Assembly: GCA_024626585.2 (NCBI GenBank)
Contig: JANKJI020000004.1
Span: 71,077,165 to 71,094,211, forward strand
Direction of reading: 5' to 3'
Length of the DNA: 17,047 bases
From: Ginkgo biloba
Lineage: Eukaryota > Plantae > Ginkgophyta
The notes under the pieces were generated by a model that saw nothing but the letters and a program-made list of their open reading frames with translations, did no database searches and was not told the DNA's origin. Position 1 is the first letter of the stretch. Every line of letters begins with the position of its first letter. Shown piece after piece: positions 11,411 to 17,047 of this stretch. The position numbers were made by a program, and so were the translations under genes.

Positions 11411-11703
11411 CTCATTCAAGAATAATTGGACAAAGAGATAGGCCCAAAGCTTTACAAAACATTAAAACTAGTGAAAAGAAGGCTAAGGACACTTATGATA
11501 GGAGAACAAAGCTAAGGAAATTAAACTTGACAATTTAATTAAACCACCTAAGAATTAAGTGTAGACATTTTAGTTTCTTATCGCTTGGGTCCTTGTATCC
11601 TCAAATGAAAACTTAAAGATGACACTTGTAAATCAAACCTATTAGATAACTTGCCATTCCCTAATCTTATTGATAGTAGCCACCTCGAAATCTTTTATGC
11701 CTT
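11411..11703 (+). pseudogene. pol: Integrase C-terminal region (coiled coil + WLGP/SH3-like tail), decayed
   Basis: RDRPKALQNIKTSEKKAKDTYDRRTKLRKLN...LGPCILK*KLKDDTCKSNLLDNLPFPNLIDSSHLEIFY resembles the Tat-like IN tail R..ALQ.I...Q...K..YD.K.K.R.F...WLGPY.I......Y.L..LDG..LP..IN..HLK.YY. No HHCC/DDE core upstream. Confidence 0.75.
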
Positions 11704-12730
11704 ACAAGGCCATTGGTCCGACCCTTCTCATATTCTAATGAAAGATCTAGAATGGGAAGGGCATGTGCATACAGTAATTAAATTAATAATTATCTATAGA
11801 ACACTAAAGATTCATAATGGATTTTAATTCTTGTTTATGCCAAGTCTTTACTATCTAAGGCAATCTAGTGCTAAGCATTCTTTTGCATTAAATAGAGGAA
11901 GACCACTTGAAAGTAGTTTAGTTAGTAGGAAACATTCATCTTAACTCTTATCCATATATTTTAAAAATTTCTTTCACTTTCCCTTAGGATTTCCTATTTA
12001 TCGATACATTTATCTTATTCTGATTTTGAAAAATAAGTTTTTTATCTTATAATAAAATCTTTCACCTCTTCATTCTTGTATGTATGCCATGAGGCATCCT
12101 AAAAAGTGAAAACTCCATTACATATGTTATATGTTATCTATCATTTCATGATAATATTAAATAATTATGTAATAAACCTATATTAAAAATGCATACATAA
12201 GTTAATCATACAACTTTACAAATAAGATTATAGATTGAAGCATCATTAAATGTTGACAAAATAATNNNNNNNNNNNNNNNNNNNNNNNNNNNNNNNNNNN
12301 NNNNNNNNNNNNNNNNNNNNNNNNNNNNNNNNNNNNNNNNNNNNNNNNNNNNNNNNNNNNNNNNNNNNNNNNNNNNNNNNNNNNNNNNNNNNNNNNNNNN
12401 NNNNNNNNNNNNNNNNNNNNNNNNNNNNNNNNNNNNNNNNNNNNNNNNNNNNNNNNNNNNNNNNNNNNNNNNNNNNNNNNNNNNNNNNNNNNNNNNNNNN
12501 NNNNNNNNNNNNNNNNNNNNNNNNNNNNNNNNNNNNNNNNNNNNNNNNNNNNNNNNNNNNNNNNNNNNNNNNNNNNNNNNNNNNNNNNNNNNNNNNNTCC
12601 ACAAATTCTTCAATTGGTTTAAACCAAGCCAAGAAAATTGTTCGTCAAGCCTTAATGATGTTTTGTTGTATTTATAAGACCTGGTTAGGCTTTCCTTGGT
12701 TGACATGCATAAAACCTCACCACCCATCAT

Positions 12731-12740
12731 TATAAATAGG
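12731..12740 (+). promoter_or_regulatory. LTR TATA box
   Basis: TATAAATAGG within the LTR; the aligned 5' LTR position reads TAAAAATAGG. Confidence 0.5.
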
Positions 12741-12883
12741 GTTCCTACAACCCTCTCAAAATCATCAATTTTTTAAATCTCTAAGAAGTATTTTCTACTT
12801 CTGCAGTTTTTGCGTCATCTTGTTCTTATCCTAGCAACTCACCCAACATAACTTTGTGGAAGCGTAATCCTCCTCTGGAGGAT

Positions 12884-13290
12884 TTTACTTCCACTTAGAG
12901 CTAGAATTTAGCCTCCTCTTTGGTGTATCCTCCTATTATTTCATTGTATCATATTACTTTTGTATCATTTGTTAACTTATTAGGATCTATTTATCCCTTG
13001 CTATGTTCACAAGAGAGAAGGGGTATAATGTAGTCGATAAAGTTGTTGCACTAGTTTGTAAGTTTTCCTCTATATCTTTATCAAGAGCCACTTAGAGTTT
13101 ACTTCCACTTAGAACCATAACTTAGCTTCCTCTTAGGTGTATCCTCCTATTATTTCATCATATCATATTACTTTTGGATAATTTGTTAGCTTATTAAGAT
13201 CTATTTGTCCCTTGCTATATTCACAAGATAGAAGGGGCATAATGCAGTTGACAAAGATGTTGCACTAGTTTCTAAGGAGTTTTCTTTCTA
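12884..13290 (+). repeat. Tandem duplication within the 3' LTR, period 214 bp
   Basis: acttccacttag at 12887 and 13101. About 175 alignable bp with about 21 substitutions by hand count. Confidence 0.92.
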
Positions 13291-13641
13291 AATATTTATA
13301 AATTATTTTTTGGTTATTGTTATTCTACCCTCCTAAGTGTATGAATTCATCATTTTATTAGTTTGGAGCTAACCCTATTAGTAAGATAGTTGAACTGTGT
13401 TTCTATTTAGGTAAATACATCAAGTCAAGGGAGTAAGGGCTTAGAAGGTGAGAGAAACAAGTTATTCAAGTTGTTATCGACCCCAATTAAGTAGCTCATT
13501 TGTAAGTATATCTTTGCTATTTTGTTGTTATTATTTTTGTTTTGGTAGTACTTATCACCTTGAAAATTAATCACCTTGAGTCAAGTTATCTATAACACCC
13601 TCATCCTCTTAAAACATTAAGTGTACCAGAATTGAATCACA

Positions 13642-14180
13642 AATAGTGAAACATGTCTTCCAGTGGTGTCAAATATGAGGCAAAAAATAGTGTTACTTTT
13701 TCTACGTGCACGCAATGTATAGAAGCTAAAGCTTAAGAGGAGAGTTTTATAGAGTTGAATTTACAAATTTAACATATATGGAAATAAATGATGGATTAAT
13801 ATATTAAAATAAAGAAAAATTAGCCTCATGACATGCACACATTTAACAAGTAATTGGACAACTAATTAGTGCATATTACACAAATATTTTCACAAACATT
13901 TATGTAATAAAGAGCTAAGCATATGGATTGAATACATGGAAACATATGTATTGGAGATATACAACTAATACAATTTCATCTTTTGGAGAGAATAAATCAT
14001 AGAAGAAAATATTGAGTGAGAAATGAGAATTCCATCGGAAACACCATTATTAGATTGGTGAACAATGATATAAACTATATGTGGGGAATAAAAAGATATT
14101 TAATAGAGGAAAACATACACATACAAAACATATTTAGGGGTAAGTAGAGCGATGCATTATCCAAAATGGGTCTAAAATAA
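13642..14180 (+). mobile_element. L1-type LINE ORF2 remnant: C-terminal half of zf-RVT plus RNase H-like (RVT_3-type) domain
   Basis: VKHVFQWCQI*GKK*CYFF directly after the TSD. Then YKFNIYG (13762; cf. KLN.DG), GQLISAYYTNI...AYGL, NICIGDIQLI (cf. IEGDS.L.I) and IHIQNIFRGK*SDALSKMG (cf. HI.REGN..AD.LAK.G). Heavily decayed, and motif spacing is imperfect. Confidence 0.5.
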
Positions 14181-14769
14181 AAGATGATCATGGTCTTTAA
14201 TTTAATAGTGGCAAAGTTGGCAAACCTAAGCAAGGACACAAAATTTGTTTAAGAATTAGTTATCATGATAGTCGGGTTTATGTTTGAAATTACCAACATT
14301 GATTCCATGAGGAAAGGTCTTATGAAATGAATAATTTTTTATAAGTATAATTTATTGGCAAATACATTTAAAATATAAAATAATATATACATCATAAGTA
14401 ATCTTTTGGTAAAATGAATATTCTACTAGTAATTTATGATCAATTTGGCTAATAACCTAAGATTTTTCATTAACATTGAAAAAAAGGGCAAATTATATTA
14501 GAGGAATTTTATTTATTAACACATCTAATTTTTGTAAAATTGAGAAGAAAATAGATACTTTGTGATATATAACCCATAAGATTTTCCTTAGATTCCATTT
14601 CCAAGCTTGATATAAAGATCTACAAAGCATATCATTTTCGTTTCTTTAATAAAACAATCTCTTACATGTNNNNNNNNNNNNNNNNNNNNNNNNNNNNNNN
14701 NNNNNNNNNNNNNNNNNNNNNNNNNNNNNNNNNNNNNNNNNNNNNNNNNNNNNNNNNNNNNNNNNNNNN

Positions 14770-15851
14770 TTCATGAGATTTTTAGAGGTGAGGGTTGTTT
14801 ACCAAGGGAAGAATTTATAGATTCATTCTTATTACGAGGAAGAGGTAAGTCTTTCAGGTGCTCATCAATAATGGGGATATTGCTAAGGTGATATTTCTAT
14901 TTATGGGATACTCTCATGAGGTTATCAAATTAAACAATCTTATAAAGTGAGGTGGTATGAAACTTGGCAATCTTTAGAGTAGAGGAGATTTTTGAATTGA
15001 CGTTGATGGTTAGGTCTATCGCCATGAGATTCCCTCCCTTAAAATGATCAATATTGGGTGGTAATCTACCCAGCATGAAGGAGGAAGGAGAATCTAACAA
15101 TTTATCATTGAGGATGGGACAAGATTGGATCATATGGATATGGTAGACAACTGAGGATTTTGAAGGATGAGAATCCTCACTAGAGTCGCTAAAATGGATA
15201 TGAATTAAACTAGCCAAGTATGCTTGCTGATCAAGTCTAAGAGAGATTAAAGAGATGGATGGAGGTATGTCACTTACTTGAAGGTTCATATGCAGAGGAT
15301 CAATAATATTAAATATATTAGGCCCCTATTAAGAAAATGGGAAAGGGGTGAAAGATTCTCTAAAAAATGGATAGGTGAATATTCTAAAGGGATGTAACTC
15401 CTATATTAATCGAATTGAGTATATTCTTTTATGTTTGATGTGTGCTCGATCAGTCAATATATCCTCAATTTTTAGGATCCGTTTGAAATGGAAGTCCTTC
15501 ATTTTTTTAAGTTTCCTCATTAGGGAGGAGGATATCCATAGGAGGAATAATTAACTCTTCTATATTGATTGAAGGGAGGAATTGGTAAGGTTCTTGATCA
15601 TTGTGTAGTGTGACAAGTAAGATCCCCTTATCAGGGAGGATAAGATCCATGGGAGGAGTGTTAAATTCCTTGATGTTGGCTAGAAAGAAGGGACCATGTG
15701 TATCGTGGTTATCCCAAGGCATAACAAGTGTCATAGTGATGTTGTGAACATGATGGACTTGGGAGGATGTCAAAGGTCATCATCCTCCAAAGAGGTATCC
15801 AAATAATCAAAGAGATGGTTCTTGACAAAAATATATTGGTCAATATTAAGG
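14770..15851 (-). mobile_element. Fragment of another Tat-like Gypsy element: PR-RT linker and pre-RT segment (decayed)
   Basis: Minus strand DYLDTSLEDDDL...VMPWDNHDTHGPFFL resembles LD..LPSDE...PW...HHRS.FLP. FKGGNLMAIDLTINVNSKISSTLKIA...FDNLMRVSHK*KYHLSNIPIIDEHL resembles EGN..NI..TI.I.IS......I.IG...LF.EF.DVFAWSY..MPGID....H. Includes ORFs 14930-15289 and 15507-15773. Confidence 0.55.
15515..15692 (-). repeat. In-frame 111-bp (37-aa) tandem repeat
   Basis: ccat[g/a]ggagga at 15647 and 15536. Translation FLANIKEFNTPPMDLILPDKG vs FLPSINIEELIIPPMDILLPNEE. Confidence 0.7.
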
Positions 15852-16714
15852 NNNNNNNNNNNNNNNNNNNNNNNNNNNNNNNNNNNNNNNNNNNNNNNNN
15901 NNNNNNNNNNNNNNNNNNNNNNNNNNNNNNNNNNNNNNNNNNNNNNNNNNNGTTTCCAAATATAGATAAACATTTGTTATTGTATGAGAGAGAAAGTGAT
16001 TTAGGTTGATAATATTTCTTTTACCATTGATAAGTTTCCTTATAATAGTGCTTTACTAGGGGTAGGGGGTCAATAAATGATTAAGTGTCCAACATAAATT
16101 TTATATTAGAAAACTTTGGGCTAATTTGTAGGAAAAATATCACTACTATTGTGTTATGATTACGAAAGTTTGTGGCAATTGATGTGATGTTGATCCATGG
16201 ATTATACTCCCAAGTTGTGATTTTCCTATAGTAATAATTTGCTCAAAAGGATTAATTAATTTCAATTGGTTGCTTTTATTATTACTTACTATACGTAGTC
16301 CCTAATCCATTATTATAATATCAACCAACATAGATAATTTTATAATAATCTATTAACTACCTATTCTTACTATCATCCCTAGTCTTTAGTACAATATCAT
16401 AAATAAGACCTAATAAGGGAGATTAATGGATGCATATTGGATGATATTTTATATTACTGACGCATTTTATTCTTGGTTCCCTATATATATATCTCAACTA
16501 ATTTAGTAAAAATATAGAGCATTCCTATTGGTTAGTGTTATCTCAAGTATAATCCTTGGTCCCTATTTCACTAGAAATCCTTAAAGTCTCAAAGACCTGA
16601 GAATAATTTAGATTTAAGATGATTAAGTTAGATGAGTCTTTGTTAAAACTTTGATTTTTAGGATTGGCATGGAGAGGAATTTTTATCCATTACTTTCTCT
16701 ACATAGGATCCATA

Positions 16715-17047
16715 TTATGCTAATAATATTTTAATGTTCTTTCCATTACCATCTAAAATGAATGTACTATTTCCTTAGTCCTGTACTACTCTTGTTATAT
16801 ACAACCATTATTATTATAATAATTCTAGATCTAAAATATTTCCTTCCATGATTATAATAGAAAAATATTACCTGATCATCACCCCTTATAGAGTGACTAG
16901 AATGTCCAATACCATACCCAACATTATGATCATGGTTTGATTTTCCAATTGGATCAAATAGTTAGGTGGGATATACTCAGATTCTCTAATTTCAATCCAT
17001 GTTGATTTGAGTAGGATGTTTATGCCCAGTCCTTTATCCATAATGGT
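16715..17047 (-). pseudogene. pol: Gypsy-type aspartic protease (decayed; runs off the window end)
   Basis: Single minus frame from 17047: TIMDKGLGINILLKSTWIEIRESEYIPPNYLIQLENQTMIIMLGMVLDILVTL*GVMIR*YFSIIIMEGNILDLELL***WLYITRVVQD*GNSTFILDGNGKNIKI. Matches D.GSG.NI....W......L.P....I.LADQ....PLG......V...G...LLLGRPWL.......DW. Confidence 0.8.

Larger units (their letters stand above)
6345..13641 (+). mobile_element. Decayed Ty3/Gypsy LTR retrotransposon, Tat/Ogre-like lineage
   Basis: Homologous LTRs at 6345-7287 and (gap)12598-13641. TG...CA termini with imperfect terminal inverted repeat (TGTTATCAAGAAAAGGTGCAC vs reverse complement TGTGATTCAATTCTGGTACAC). TSD AATAT (6340-6344) / AATAG (13642-13646). 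tRNA-Arg-type PBS. gag-PR-RT...IN domain order. Contains gaps of unknown size. Confidence 0.85.
12598..13641 (+). repeat. 3' LTR (5' ~130 bp hidden in the preceding gap)
   Basis: Homology to 6472-7287. Ends ...attgaatcaCA, followed by TSD-like AATAG. Confidence 0.85.

Noticed and set aside
11749-11770. Purine-rich agaatgggaagggca followed by TGTG, resembling a PPT plus LTR start
   Set aside because: The downstream sequence does not match the 5' LTR start at 6345. By alignment the 3' LTR should begin within the 12266-12597 gap. Probably 3' UTR, though an LTR of a nested element cannot be excluded.
15952-16714. Expected pol continuation downstream of the minus-strand protease, and linkage to 14770-15851 as one element
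   Set aside because: No RT or linker motif is recognisable in the decayed sequence, and an unsized gap separates the pieces. This protease also looks like a different subtype (D.G.GINI...QDW) from the one at 9249.
1-17047. CRISPR array, tRNA/rRNA genes, prokaryotic operon or defence-type system
   Set aside because: No regularly spaced repeat-spacer array, no cloverleaf or rRNA-like sequence and no intact long ORFs. The content is explained by decayed plant retroelements.

Overview
AT-rich eukaryotic scaffold sequence with eight N-gaps. It is most consistent with a large seed-plant genome; gymnosperm/conifer-like is my inference from the transposon protein motifs. No intact protein-coding gene, RNA gene or CRISPR array is visible. 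The window is a nested graveyard of old transposable elements. (1) A decayed + strand Ty3/Gypsy LTR retrotransposon of the Tat/Ogre type spans ~6345-13641, with 5' LTR, tRNA-Arg-type PBS, gag, aspartic protease, PR-RT linker, RT N-terminus, integrase C-terminus, 3' LTR and a 4/5-matching 5-bp TSD. (2) It appears inserted inside the CCHC zinc finger (zf-RVT) of an older L1-type LINE ORF2, whose reading frame can be rejoined across the TSD and continues into an RNase H-like remnant. (3) Inside the Gypsy element lies a second, diverged copy of the PR-RT linker joined directly to the integrase C-terminus, lacking the RT/RH/IN core. (4) Further - strand Gypsy fragments occur: an LTR end at 587-1012, a linker at 14770-15851 and a protease at 16715-17047. 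Other items are a possible RING-CH (RINGv) E3-ligase pseudo-exon at 1113-1207 and a 145-bp nested foldback hairpin at 5010-5154. All alignments and translations were done by eye. I found no convincing evidence of a new biological system; the best leads are the non-autonomous RT-less Gypsy architecture and the hairpin.
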